From: an uncultured Eubacteriales bacterium
Lineage (GTDB): Bacteria > Bacillota > JAAYKD01
Direction: 5' to 3'
DNA: 64,000 nucleotides
Assembly: GCA_964425745.1 (NCBI GenBank)
Contig: CAYRNW010000004.1
Coordinates: 67,833 to 131,832 of the forward strand
Shown: one piece after another, positions 10,055 to 20,266 of the stretch
Layout of the letters: each line of letters begins with the position of its first letter
Numbering within the stretch: position 1 is the stretch's first letter
Program-made: the position numbers and the translations under genes
The notes under the pieces: generated by a model
What the model saw: only the letters and a program-made list of their open reading frames with translations
The model's database searches: none
What the model was told of the DNA's origin: nothing

Positions 10055-11548
10055 TTAGAAATAAATCTCGGTGTATTTCTCTTTGAGGAAACGGACATAA
10101 TGTTGTGGGTCAAACGATGAACCGGTGGCTTGGACCATGAGTTCATCCGGCGTGAGTAAGCCGCCATGACGATGGATCTTGTCTTTTAACCAGGCATTGA
10201 TTGTCTCCATGCGGTCATTGGCGATTTCACGTTCTACATCGATCTCATTGCAGAGTGCGTAGTAGAATTGTGCTCCGTAAGCGGTGCCGAGAGCATAGGT
10301 TGGGAAGTAACCAAAGGAGCCATTGGCCCAATGGGTATCTTGTAATATGCCTTCGGTGTCGGTTTTAGGACGAACGCCTAAGTAGGACTCGATCTTATCG
10401 TTCCACATTTCCGGTAATTTATTGATATCGTAATCACCCGACATGATTTCACGTTCCAATTCGTAACGAACCATGATATGGCTGGAATAAGTGAGTTCAT
10501 CGGCATCCAAACGAATCAAGCCTGGTTTGCTGCGGTTTGCCATGCGGTAAAAAGAATCGGGGTCGAAGCCGGCCAATTGCACCGGGAAAATGGTTTGCAG
10601 TTTGTAGAAATGGCGTTGCCAGAACGCGCGGCTACGACCTACATAGTTCTCGTAGAAGCGTGATTGGCTCTCACCTATACCCATGCCTGCTCCACCAATA
10701 TTCTTGCCTTCATGGGCAGGGTCGCCCTGCTGAGAGTGAATGGCATGACCCATCTCATGCATTCCCAGGAAGATGGAGGCAGGGAGGTAATTTTCCAGAT
10801 AACGGGCAGTGACGCGAACATCATTATAAGAAGCACCACTGGTAAAAGGATGAGCGGATTCGCTGATCATACCGCGCTTTAGATCATAACGAAGCGCTCC
10901 GGCTAAATATTCTAAGAACTTGCGTTGGTCGGCTTTCGGGTAGTATTGATACAGGGCACTGTCGTCAATCTTTCGGCCTTCGGCATGTACTTTTTTGGTA
11001 AAAGGCACTAAATCACTGCGTAAGGTGCCAAAGAAATGGTCATACCGCTCAATGGTCATGCCTTCTTCGTAATCGTCTAAGAGGGTATTATACGGGTGAT
11101 CCACAAAGCCACGATATTCGGCTGATTTTTTGTTGTGCTCAATGTTCTTCGCTAAATAGGGAGCAAACATGGCAAAATCATTTTTCTTTTTAGCTTCTTC
11201 CCAAACTCTTTGGGCTTTGGCGGTATCTTGCTGACGTGCAACCATTTCTTCTTTGGGTACTTTTTCGAATTTACGAATTGCTTTCAGAAATTTTCCGGCC
11301 GCTACTTTGTCGAGAGCGTCGATATCATCCATTTGGCTTACTTTTTCAAGCATTTCGAGGTTTTTGGGGTCACGTTGCATGCTCATATTATCGGTTGCTA
11401 AAATTCCCAACATCTTGTTGCGATAAGCAGCCGACATCGGCGGTGCAGCAGTAGAAGCATCCCAACTGATGTGGAACATTGCGAAGCGGAAGGCGGCCAT
11501 GTGGTTTTGGTAGTCTTTAAACTGTTTGATCAACAAATCTTTGTCCAT
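10055..11548 (-). CDS. carboxypeptidase Taq (peptidase M32)
   Basis: 497 aa with HEMGH zinc motif plus the M32 'HPF' and 'DxRxT' motifs. Confidence 0.85.
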   Translation of the reverse strand: MDKDLLIKQFKDYQNHMAAFRFAMFHISWDASTAAPPMSAAYRNKMLGILATDNMSMQRDPKNLEMLEKVSQMDDIDALDKVAAGKFLKAIRKFEKVPKEEMVARQQDTAKAQRVWEEAKKKNDFAMFAPYLAKNIEHNKKSAEYRGFVDHPYNTLLDDYEEGMTIERYDHFFGTLRSDLVPFTKKVHAEGRKIDDSALYQYYPKADQRKFLEYLAGALRYDLKRGMISESAHPFTSGASYNDVRVTARYLENYLPASIFLGMHEMGHAIHSQQGDPAHEGKNIGGAGMGIGESQSRFYENYVGRSRAFWQRHFYKLQTIFPVQLAGFDPDSFYRMANRSKPGLIRLDADELTYSSHIMVRYELEREIMSGDYDINKLPEMWNDKIESYLGVRPKTDTEGILQDTHWANGSFGYFPTYALGTAYGAQFYYALCNEIDVEREIANDRMETINAWLKDKIHRHGGLLTPDELMVQATGSSFDPQHYVRFLKEKYTEIYF

Positions 11549-11576
11549 GAGAGTTCCCCTTTCTTGGTCTGTGTTA

Positions 11577-12830
11577 TTATTTACCGGCGTAGTATTCGGC
11601 TACGCTGTAAGGATACGGTTTGAAGGCGATGGGTTGTTCGTGATTCAAGAAGGCCAGTGCAAAAGCAACCGTAGCGGCTGCCCCATGAATCATCGCTTTT
11701 TCGTCGATATCGAAAAATTGGTTGTGAATCTCGGCACCGCTGCCGACTTCAGAATTGGTAATGCCCAATTTTCCGTAAAACGATGGAGCATAGTTGGCAA
11801 AGGCCGGGAAACTTTCGGAACCCATGGCAGGCTCGCCTTCGGTAATCCATTCGGCACCTAAGACTTCTGCTACGGCATTGCGCGCAATTTGAGTGGCAGT
11901 GGGGTCATTGATGGTGGGTCTGCCCACTTTAATGGTATATTCGATTTCACAGCGATATAATTTGGCAATGGTTTCGGTCATTTCATGCAAATACGCCACT
12001 AAGGGTTTGGCGGTTTTTTCGGTGTGGAAGAAACGAATGCTACCAGCAAATTCTGCCACATCGGGTATGACATTATGTACATGTCCCGATTGGATTTTAG
12101 CAATCGAGAAGGTGACCGGCTCAAAAGGATGGGTGAATTTCATGGGGGCTTTGTAGATTTCGTCTAATAAAGCCAGCATGCAATCAATAGGATTGATCGA
12201 AAGATCGGGGCGAGAACCGTGACCTCCACGACCGATGATTTTATAGCGCAAAGCAATGGCTCCGGCCATAACTCCGCCCGGACGAATACCGAGCATACCG
12301 GTAGGCATATCTTGGAAGACATGCAAGGCCCAAGCACCGTCGAAGGTGATATGATGCTCTTCTAAATATTCCATAATAAAGCGGAGATTGCCACCACCTT
12401 CTTCACCACGTTCGAACACCAGCATGACCTCGCCAGTAATTACTTCCTTGTTCTCAGAAAGGATCTTAGCGGCTCCCAAAAGCATTGCTGTATGTGAATC
12501 GTGCCCGCAAGCATGCATTACACCCGGGTTTTCACTGACACAAACGCGAGGGCCTTTTAAATTGTTTTCCGGTTCTTGCACCGGCAAAGCATCGATATCG
12601 GCGCGAAGCACAACCCTCTTACCGGATTTTTGCCCTTTGATGAACCCCAGTACACCACCATTTTCAACTTCGATGGTAGGGATGTTTAGGGTTTTCAATT
12701 GTTCTAAAATATACGCAACCGTTTGATCTTCTTTCCCGGTCAACTCCGGATGCCGATGAATATGGCGACGATGTTGCACCATATAATCGAAGGTGTCCTT
12801 CGCCTGTTGTAAAATATCCACGTGAGTCAC
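11577..12830 (-). CDS. M20D family amidohydrolase (N-acyl-amino acid or hippurate hydrolase-like)
   Basis: 'HRHPELTGKE' and 'CGHDSH' metal-binding motifs. Confidence 0.8.
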   Translation of the reverse strand: MTHVDILQQAKDTFDYMVQHRRHIHRHPELTGKEDQTVAYILEQLKTLNIPTIEVENGGVLGFIKGQKSGKRVVLRADIDALPVQEPENNLKGPRVCVSENPGVMHACGHDSHTAMLLGAAKILSENKEVITGEVMLVFERGEEGGGNLRFIMEYLEEHHITFDGAWALHVFQDMPTGMLGIRPGGVMAGAIALRYKIIGRGGHGSRPDLSINPIDCMLALLDEIYKAPMKFTHPFEPVTFSIAKIQSGHVHNVIPDVAEFAGSIRFFHTEKTAKPLVAYLHEMTETIAKLYRCEIEYTIKVGRPTINDPTATQIARNAVAEVLGAEWITEGEPAMGSESFPAFANYAPSFYGKLGITNSEVGSGAEIHNQFFDIDEKAMIHGAAATVAFALAFLNHEQPIAFKPYPYSVAEYYAGK

Positions 12831-12899
12831 TCCTTTACAATCTGTTCTCTATTTAATTAGAGATGACTCTTGGAAAATCCTTCGTGTATCTAAAAAGTC

Positions 12900-13481
12900 T
12901 TAAACCACGGGCGGGAGTATTGCCTGCATATGGATGATATTGGCGGCTTCAAGATGAATCGTCGTCGGTGAATCCTCTGGGGATGAAAGCAGAACCAGCA
13001 GTTCATCGCGTTGTAGATGCAGGGTCTCATCCTTTGTTTGCACAGATCCGGGCTGGGTGAAATAGAATGCGTCCAAGGTCAAATGTTGATTCCCGCCAAT
13101 GGAGAAATCCTGTGGTTGAGCAAGGTGTGTCATAGTTCCGGGCACCCCGCGAAGCATGAGATTGAGATCTTGAGTTTGACCACGGCTGAGCGTTTGCCAA
13201 TCCCCCGGAAACTCATGGACTTGCAAGGGCTGCAAGACCAAAGAGATTTGCGTGTTATGAGTGAGCGTAAGCGGGGCATCTAAAGGGGTAAGAAAGCGAT
13301 GGACTCCCGGCAAAGGCGTGAATAAAGACTCCGGCAATTCCACCTTAGCGGTGCTAATACGACATTGAAAATCACGCTTGCTATAATGAGCCTCTGGTGG
13401 CCAGATCAGCCATTCCGTGGTGGTGCCCCCACTCCATCCGCTTACCTTGGCCTCACTTCTTTTAATAATTTTTAGTTCCAT
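12900..13481 (-). CDS. HutD/Ves family cupin-like protein
   Basis: About 190 aa with a 'WSGGTTTE' motif. Start is placed at MELKII, which has the RBS GGAGGT, not at the upstream M of the ORF track. Confidence 0.55.
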   Translation of the reverse strand: MELKIIKRSEAKVSGWSGGTTTEWLIWPPEAHYSKRDFQCRISTAKVELPESLFTPLPGVHRFLTPLDAPLTLTHNTQISLVLQPLQVHEFPGDWQTLSRGQTQDLNLMLRGVPGTMTHLAQPQDFSIGGNQHLTLDAFYFTQPGSVQTKDETLHLQRDELLVLLSSPEDSPTTIHLEAANIIHMQAILPPVV

Positions 13482-13613
13482 ATGACCTCCATTTTGATGT
13501 AATAGTTGGGGACGGTTCTCTCCCCCTTTTTCAACCACAGAGACAGTTCATTGAAACCACAAGGGGACGGTTCTGTAAAGAACTGTCCCTGTGGTTTCCC
13601 TTGTGTTTCAAGG

Positions 13614-13870
13614 AAGAGAACCTTCCCTAAAGCCAGTCCTTAAACTCAAGAAGACATTTGAGCAAAAGATTCCTGTAGGGCGGCTTCTGACCGAAGGTCG
13701 GCAGAGCCCGAGGGAACTTTTGCGAAACTTACATAATTCTGGTAAAAAACCAAGGGAGAGAACCTTCCCTAAAGCCAGTCCTTAAACTCAAGAAGACATT
13801 TGAGCAAAAGATTCCTGTAGGGCGGCTTCTGACCGAAGGTCGGCAGAGCCCGAGGGAACTTTTGCGAAAC
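13614..13870. repeat. tandem direct repeat, two copies of about 115 bp (period about 142 bp), intergenic
   Basis: Sequence 'gagaaccttccctaaagccagtcc...gagggaacttttgcgaaac' occurs at about 13614-13728 and about 13756-13870, essentially identical. Confidence 0.8.
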
Positions 13871-14539
13871 CTATTGTGCAAAATCGCCGTGGTAGGAGAT
13901 GAGTGAAACATTGAGGACGTTTTCGATTTGAGCGATTCGGTCTGAGATTTGCAAATTTTGATCTTTCAGATACATCTCCAAGGTCATCTCGGTGGTATCC
14001 TTTTTGGTGATTTTGGAGCGGATGATGTAATTCATCTTTCCCAGTACTTCGTTAATTTCCGGCAATGCTTCGTTCTTGAAGCTGATTACCAATAAATACA
14101 CCAGTTTTCGAGGTTTCAACTTGGTCAGAAGCCAAAACGCCAATCCAACCATGAGGTTCCCGAAGAGCACCACCCAATAAATGCGAGCCCCCACGCCTAT
14201 CCCGGCTGCGACCGCCCAGAACAAGAAGATAAGATCAATCGGGTCTTTGATCGCGGTACGGAACCGAACAATCGACAACGCACCGACCATACCAAGGGAC
14301 AAGATGATGTTGGAAGAGATGGTCGCTACAATCATGGCCGAAATAATGGTCATCATCGCCACCGACACATTGAAGTTATGGCTGTAGAGCACGCCTCTGT
14401 AACAGGTGCGGTAAATCATATAGATAAACATCGCCACTGCCAAGGACATGGCCATAACAATGAGGACCCCTACCAAAGAGAGATCTGTGGCCGAACCACT
14501 CAAGAATGCATTTTTGAAAATGTCTTGAAATGTTGTCAT
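13871..14539 (-). CDS. DUF4956 multi-pass membrane protein
   Basis: Hydrophobic N-terminal two-thirds and a soluble C-terminus. Start at MTTFQDIF (RBS TAGGAGA), immediately after the VTC stop. Confidence 0.55.
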   Translation of the reverse strand: MTTFQDIFKNAFLSGSATDLSLVGVLIVMAMSLAVAMFIYMIYRTCYRGVLYSHNFNVSVAMMTIISAMIVATISSNIILSLGMVGALSIVRFRTAIKDPIDLIFLFWAVAAGIGVGARIYWVVLFGNLMVGLAFWLLTKLKPRKLVYLLVISFKNEALPEINEVLGKMNYIIRSKITKKDTTEMTLEMYLKDQNLQISDRIAQIENVLNVSLISYHGDFAQ

Positions 14540-15279
14540 AATGCTGATTCTCCTAATGCATGATATTGCATTGCCGGATTGCGCTGAAATTGAGCGTTCC
14601 GACAATAGATGTACTTGGATACTGCTTCACGGCGATGAACGGGAATTTGAACCGCTGCATGGATATAGGCGGGCAAATAATCATCGTATTTGACTTCCAA
14701 AACCAAGGTATTGGGTTCTAAAACATTGATCAAAGTCACATTTCGGTCAAAAATATTGGATGAATCGATTCCGGCTTGCAAATTCTGATCAAAGGTAATG
14801 CGGACATTCCCTTCCTCCATAACATACACTTCACGAACATAATCGACAATCACTGCCGGGGCTAGCAATTTGGTTCGCATATCCCAAAACATATCTTTGG
14901 CCATGTCGGAATTCTTTTCTAGCAAAAACTCTAAATTCTCTTTACGGATTAACCAAAAAAACTCCTCTTTACTGAGCGTAATCGATTTCTTACTGATAAA
15001 GTCTCCAAATTTCTCTTTGCGCTCCAACTTGATGTTATCGTCACTCAAGTTATAAATGCGCACCCGATATTTTTGTCTGAACTGTACTCCGGAAAGTTTT
15101 TCGAAATAGGCGGTATGATAGATATCGTCAAAATAAAGGCTGCGAATATGATACCCTTCCTCCCCGCTATTTTCATCGGGTTGCATCATGGTACTCAAGC
15201 GTGCTTTGAGGGCTGCAAATTCCTGCTCGTGAATGATGTACTTGAACTCGTGGCGCAGGGTGTTATTGAGATATTTCAT
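14536..15279 (-). CDS. VTC-domain (polyphosphate-polymerase-like, CYTH-related) protein
   Basis: About 247 aa starting at MKYLNN (RBS GGAGGGTGGG). The 'HEFKYII' N-terminus is typical of bacterial VTC domains. Confidence 0.6.
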   Translation of the reverse strand: MKYLNNTLRHEFKYIIHEQEFAALKARLSTMMQPDENSGEEGYHIRSLYFDDIYHTAYFEKLSGVQFRQKYRVRIYNLSDDNIKLERKEKFGDFISKKSITLSKEEFFWLIRKENLEFLLEKNSDMAKDMFWDMRTKLLAPAVIVDYVREVYVMEEGNVRITFDQNLQAGIDSSNIFDRNVTLINVLEPNTLVLEVKYDDYLPAYIHAAVQIPVHRREAVSKYIYCRNAQFQRNPAMQYHALGESAL

Positions 15280-16991
15280 TCTCCCACCCTCCGTTCCATG
15301 ACCACACAACCATAATAGGTATCGCCTTTGGAATCTTCTGCGACATTGCTGCTGGTTTGTCGTTGCCCATTCTGGTCTGTCGCCACAATGCGCACAAAGG
15401 TGGTCACCGAAGGCAAGCTCTCAACGAAGATCTGCCCGTCCTGAGTGGGCGCACTGGCGAACAGAATCACTTGGAAATCTGCCGATGAAGAAACCTCAAG
15501 ATGATATTGAGTCACGCGCCCGCTTTGGGCATTATCGGTCAAATAGGTAACGGAGGCACCTTCCCCTACCCGCTCCACTTTAGTAATCGTGGGAGGTGTG
15601 GGCAACTGGGCATTTGCAAGAAAGGCCTGGTAATTATATGCTACAATTTCCGGAATACTGGCAATGTACGGTTCAACATAGGTCGCAGCCCGAGGTAAGA
15701 GCCCGATTTCGGGAACACTGTAGAGAAACTTCAAAATACTCTTCTGATACGTCAATGTCTGCTGTCCAATCCATTCTGCAGAGAATACTTGATACACCTC
15801 TTCCACTTTACTGCGCAGCTTTTCCAAGTTTCCCGGCACATTTAAGTAGCGTCGATAGAGCAAATTATTATACAAAAATCCGGCGCCTTCAAAGGAAGAG
15901 GCGATTTTCTGATCATCTTTTCCCTCCAAATGATACAAAGCGTCTTCAAAAGAGGATGGCATCAGGTACCAAGTCAGTGAGTTCTGCGGTGAATACAAAA
16001 GGTACTCTTCTTCAAAGGCATTGTAATTGGAGAACAAGATATTGACCGCTGCAAACGTCAACAAGTTTTCTTCGTTAAAATACTTCCCCACCAGTTCTTC
16101 CATGGCTACAGATTCATCTTGTAACAAATCCAACATATGCAGCAATTTTTCATGGGTATCGGCATTACGAATATTCAAAACCTCTTCGAAATCGTCGCTA
16201 TTATAGGTGGAGTCGGTCTTCTCTTTTAAGGACTCCGGCTCTCTTGCGAACGTGAAATCCTCGGCACGGTATAAACTACCGTTGACATCTAAGCCATGCG
16301 CAGTCAGATATGCGGTGTTCGGTTGTTCAAGGTAGGTGTAGATTCCCATGTCTTGATATGCAGCAAGATTTTCCGAAGTCGTATCCTGTACAAACAAGCG
16401 CACAAACCCCGTCCGTAAAGACCCAATGTCTTCTAATTCTTCCAGCAAATCAAAGCCCAGCTTTTGCTTCATCCGAGATAAATCATTGCGATTCTTGAGT
16501 AAATTGATCGTCTTCATATCATTCCAGGTTCCGGCTCGATCATAAAGCTTGATCTGATACGAACGCAAGCGAATCTTTTCGGTATTGCCTTTGATGGTGA
16601 TTTTACCGTTAGCATCGGTCTCGCCAAAGCCAAAAAGTGATGCTCCAACCGATGAGGTTTCGCTACCTTCACTCATAATCACGTTGCAGAAGGGTTCTTC
16701 GCCTTCCACTAATTCGCTGTCGGTATAGTTGTTCAGATCAGAAAACGTATATTCCTTACTGAGATCACGATCAACACCCGTTTGAACGATGAGATACAAA
16801 TGCCGAATGCTGCCATCTTCATCTTTGTCATAAATACTCTTCTCTTCACTAAATGGTCTACCGTTGAGCACACTTGCCTCAATATCCCATGTTTCTTGAT
16901 CATAATAATAGGATTCGTCGTAGACATACGGGGTATTGCATCCGCTCAAGAGCAGAAGCACAAGCAAGAGCAAAAACAAACGTCGCTTCAT
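15276..16991 (-). CDS. CotH-like kinase family lipoprotein (putative), with a C-terminal FN3-like region
   Basis: Lipobox 'LLSGC'. Paralogous to the 17011-18771 product (shared block 'R(T/S)xFxRxxxxDxT...YxxxGxYTxxEQPN...HGLDxNGxLY'). The CotH call is inferred from the conserved CotH/VTC/DUF4956 neighbourhood. Confidence 0.45.
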   Translation of the reverse strand: MKRRLFLLLLVLLLLSGCNTPYVYDESYYYDQETWDIEASVLNGRPFSEEKSIYDKDEDGSIRHLYLIVQTGVDRDLSKEYTFSDLNNYTDSELVEGEEPFCNVIMSEGSETSSVGASLFGFGETDANGKITIKGNTEKIRLRSYQIKLYDRAGTWNDMKTINLLKNRNDLSRMKQKLGFDLLEELEDIGSLRTGFVRLFVQDTTSENLAAYQDMGIYTYLEQPNTAYLTAHGLDVNGSLYRAEDFTFAREPESLKEKTDSTYNSDDFEEVLNIRNADTHEKLLHMLDLLQDESVAMEELVGKYFNEENLLTFAAVNILFSNYNAFEEEYLLYSPQNSLTWYLMPSSFEDALYHLEGKDDQKIASSFEGAGFLYNNLLYRRYLNVPGNLEKLRSKVEEVYQVFSAEWIGQQTLTYQKSILKFLYSVPEIGLLPRAATYVEPYIASIPEIVAYNYQAFLANAQLPTPPTITKVERVGEGASVTYLTDNAQSGRVTQYHLEVSSSADFQVILFASAPTQDGQIFVESLPSVTTFVRIVATDQNGQRQTSSNVAEDSKGDTYYGCVVMERRVGE

Positions 16992-17010
16992 AGACTCCCT
17001 CCTCTCATGT

Positions 17011-18771
17011 TTACTTTAGGATGATCATATCTCCATCTTGAATTTGAATAGCTCGTAATCCATATTCAATGTAGGAGTTTCCTGCTGCGTCCGTCACAAC
17101 ATAGCGATCGTAACCTACCTGACGATTTCCCTTATTGTCGAATACGACGGCTGACCAGAAATAGATCCCGTTCGGTAGTTGCACAGAAGGTGTGATATTG
17201 GTCAAGCTGGTTTCTTCGCGGTATATGCTGCTGCCTGTCCGGTTTCTATAATCAGTGAAAATTGAGAATTCATAGTAGACCCGGTCGGCCTGCAAATCGG
17301 TTGACGGAGACCAATTGAAGGTGATTTTCTGATCCTCTGCTTGTTTTGGAGAACCTAAAAAAATGGGCATGGGATTCTCTTTTGTATTGTAATACAAGTT
17401 ATAACAAAAGGTTATGCGGTTTTGAAAGTCGGCAATATTGACTCGAATTTCATCCGCATCGGTGTCATCGAAGACCTCATCCAACGAGTTTCGAAATCCT
17501 GAGAGAATGGTATTGGTATAATTTTGGGTCAAGCTTTGCCAATCCTGATTCATCATGATAGCATAAAGTTCCTCGATTCGGTCATCGAGCATTTCCACAT
17601 GCGCCGGATCGCTAAAAAAGCGTTTATGTAAGGTTGTTCCCCAATAGCGAGCTAAGCCGAAGAAGTCTTTCATGCCCCTTGACATAAAGCTTTCCTCACT
17701 CAACATGCATTTATCATAGTCCCAGGGGAGAAAATACCATTTATCGCTATAGGAAGGAGAATACAATAAATAATTTCGTGACATGGTATCATAGTTATTC
17801 AAGAGCAGGTTCATGGCAACCCAGGTCAAATAATTATCGACATCAAAGTATTTCTGAAAGACCGAAGGGAAGTTGCTGCTTGGATTATTGATTTCATCCA
17901 ACATCGTTGCTAATTTGGCATTGTCGGGGTTTTCGCGAATCTTCAGCAACAAAGAAAACATGTCTTTGTCGAATTCCGGATCGTCTACAGGGACTATGTA
18001 GGGAGATTCAAAGAATTCGAAATCGGTAGGTTTATAAAGTGTTCCATTGGGATCTAAGCCATGTTCGTTCAAAAAGGTTTTGTTGGGTTGCTCAACGTGG
18101 GTATAGAGCCCATAATTCACATAACTTGCCTGAGTTTGGGTCCCGTCTTTGATATGTACCCTAAAAAACGAGGTGCGCAAGGAGACCATATCCGGGAAAT
18201 TTGCCATTTGATCAAAACTGAATTTCTGGGCCAAGCGACTCGAATCCGAGGTGTGTTTATTTAAGTTCAAAACTTGCTGCCCATGGAAGGTTCCCTGTCC
18301 GTCGTAGACTTTGATTTTGTACGACTTTTGTTCCTCTAACCTTGCACTCTGCCCTCTCAGTGAGAAGGTAGAATTGACCTGTATGTCTTCGGTATTGAAA
18401 ATCGTCTTCCCGGTATCGGGGTCTACAATATAAACCAAGGCATCCAATTGTGGGTCGGGAGCTAACCCCATAATTTCATTCATCGAAGTTAGATCGTAAA
18501 TACCGCCGGTTTCAGAATCCGTACCCTGATAAACTGTAACATAGAGATCCCAAATCTTATAGCGATCTTCTTCTTTATAAAGGGCAGGATTATCTTGAAT
18601 TCCCAGGGCATCCAATTGAGAAAAGTCGATTTCCGGGGGGATAAACACTTCTTCGGGTGGTTGATACCACCAAAGATAGTACGCAGAGACCGCTACCCCG
18701 CTCAGCAAAACCAAGGCCATGAGCCCATTACGAATTTGCCGTTTGACGTTCTGATTGAGATAAATTTTCAT
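17011..18771 (-). CDS. CotH-like kinase family protein (putative), type-II membrane anchored
   Basis: 586 aa, paralog of 15276-16991. The 5' end overlaps the pelG 3' end by about 44 nt. Confidence 0.45.
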   Translation of the reverse strand: MKIYLNQNVKRQIRNGLMALVLLSGVAVSAYYLWWYQPPEEVFIPPEIDFSQLDALGIQDNPALYKEEDRYKIWDLYVTVYQGTDSETGGIYDLTSMNEIMGLAPDPQLDALVYIVDPDTGKTIFNTEDIQVNSTFSLRGQSARLEEQKSYKIKVYDGQGTFHGQQVLNLNKHTSDSSRLAQKFSFDQMANFPDMVSLRTSFFRVHIKDGTQTQASYVNYGLYTHVEQPNKTFLNEHGLDPNGTLYKPTDFEFFESPYIVPVDDPEFDKDMFSLLLKIRENPDNAKLATMLDEINNPSSNFPSVFQKYFDVDNYLTWVAMNLLLNNYDTMSRNYLLYSPSYSDKWYFLPWDYDKCMLSEESFMSRGMKDFFGLARYWGTTLHKRFFSDPAHVEMLDDRIEELYAIMMNQDWQSLTQNYTNTILSGFRNSLDEVFDDTDADEIRVNIADFQNRITFCYNLYYNTKENPMPIFLGSPKQAEDQKITFNWSPSTDLQADRVYYEFSIFTDYRNRTGSSIYREETSLTNITPSVQLPNGIYFWSAVVFDNKGNRQVGYDRYVVTDAAGNSYIEYGLRAIQIQDGDMIILK

Positions 18772-20227
18772 GATCTTGGTTCACTTCCTCTTGACCGTTT
18801 AAGCGGTTAATCCAGGATTCTAAATTCTTGCCTTTGTTTTCTTCTTCGGGCACTTGGGAACAGAAAATAATATAATCGACCGAATTCAGGGTTTTACGCA
18901 AATATAATAATGCTGCAATCAAAGTAACGATCGAGGCAAAAACAATGCCCAGCCCATAGAATTCCGCCCCCAGCTGCACTGTCAGCAACGTAAAAATCGT
19001 ATTTAAGAGTAAAAACAAGGTTGTAATGTGTAAACAGTCGACGTAATTTTCAAAATATTGCATCAGGGTGCAGGCCAAAAACATAAAATAGGTGAAGAGA
19101 AATCCTGCTACCATATTGGGGAATACTTCAATCACGGTAGAAGAGAGACCCAGCAAAGGTAAAACCGCAATTCCCACCACAACACATATCAGCGAGATTA
19201 AGATCTGTAATTCAGCAACAAAGAAAAATTCTTGCCACATTTGGCGCTGCATCAACCGCTTTGCTCGCTCAATCTCAGCCCCGGTTTGGGTGTTGATTGC
19301 ACGGAGATAATCGCGAAAATAATCATAAAACGAAGTTTCCATGCGGACCACAAACAAAACAATAGCCGGTAAGATACTTAAAACGCCCAATGCCGTTGCC
19401 ATGTCGAATTCATCGGAAAAGATAAAGACGGAGATTGAATTTTGGGTTTTGTAATAGCCCCAAAAGATAAAGTTTTGCACATAGATCCCCAAGGTGTAAA
19501 AGGTATTAAACCAAAAAAGCGAAGGATACTTGCCCATGTAGAGCAAAAAATCAAAATAACGAGTCGAAGGAACTTGAAAATACTTCTTGACTCCCATTAA
19601 GATTCCGCCCGCAACCACAGTCATTCCAAAGGCAAATGCTCCTACTAAGGCTGTCGTCATCGAGAATTGATGATCCCAAAACCGTAAGGTTGCATAGGAG
19701 CCCAGAAAGGCAATGATCATGCCGACGATAAAACTTCTAGAAATCTGTGCGTAGTCTTTCAAAGCGGAGACATAGACCATGAGAATAAAGATAATGCCGA
19801 CCATCATATAAAGTAGATACGCAAAAATCGACAAAGCTAAGCTTAATTGTGCTTTCCACAATAGAACGACCGCAGGAATTGAAGCCAAAGAACAATAGAT
19901 TGCCAACGCTCCATAAACCGAGGCGAAAATATCCTCCGTCTTATCTCCCCACATCATATCGGCGATATACCGTGAAATTATGATGCACAAGCCACTGGTA
20001 AAAATCAGAGGGAAAACAAAGGAGTATAAGATAATCGAAGAATACAGGCGTTGATCATTCAAAGGCATATCGGAATTCAGCAAAAACAGTTTTACTGAAA
20101 TCAGAGCCCCGATTACAATCAGCAAATGCCCAATGGTGGAAAAGACCGAGTACAAAACAGCACTGAATTTTGCCGTCAGCGATTGACGTCGAAAAAGTTT
20201 TTTTAGTTCAAAGCCAATTCCTGCCAT
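18728..20227 (-). CDS. pelG: PelG polysaccharide-exporter-like membrane protein
   Basis: Starts 'MAGIGFELKKLF', the conserved PelG N-terminus. About 12 TM segments. Confidence 0.75.
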   Translation of the reverse strand: MAGIGFELKKLFRRQSLTAKFSAVLYSVFSTIGHLLIVIGALISVKLFLLNSDMPLNDQRLYSSIILYSFVFPLIFTSGLCIIISRYIADMMWGDKTEDIFASVYGALAIYCSLASIPAVVLLWKAQLSLALSIFAYLLYMMVGIIFILMVYVSALKDYAQISRSFIVGMIIAFLGSYATLRFWDHQFSMTTALVGAFAFGMTVVAGGILMGVKKYFQVPSTRYFDFLLYMGKYPSLFWFNTFYTLGIYVQNFIFWGYYKTQNSISVFIFSDEFDMATALGVLSILPAIVLFVVRMETSFYDYFRDYLRAINTQTGAEIERAKRLMQRQMWQEFFFVAELQILISLICVVVGIAVLPLLGLSSTVIEVFPNMVAGFLFTYFMFLACTLMQYFENYVDCLHITTLFLLLNTIFTLLTVQLGAEFYGLGIVFASIVTLIAALLYLRKTLNSVDYIIFCSQVPEEENKGKNLESWINRLNGQEEVNQDHENLSQSERQTANS

Positions 20228-20266
20228 TTCAGTCCTCCCCTTTCCCTTTGATTTTTTAGATCATCA

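Noticed and set aside
11526-11861. Plus-strand 111-aa ORF overlapping the M32 and M20 gene junction
   Set aside because: Antisense overlap with two strongly supported genes. No RBS is present.
13591-13785. 64-aa ORF spanning the tandem 115-bp repeat
   Set aside because: Its frame is produced by the duplication itself. No RBS is present and the amino-acid sequence is internally repeated. It is more likely non-coding.
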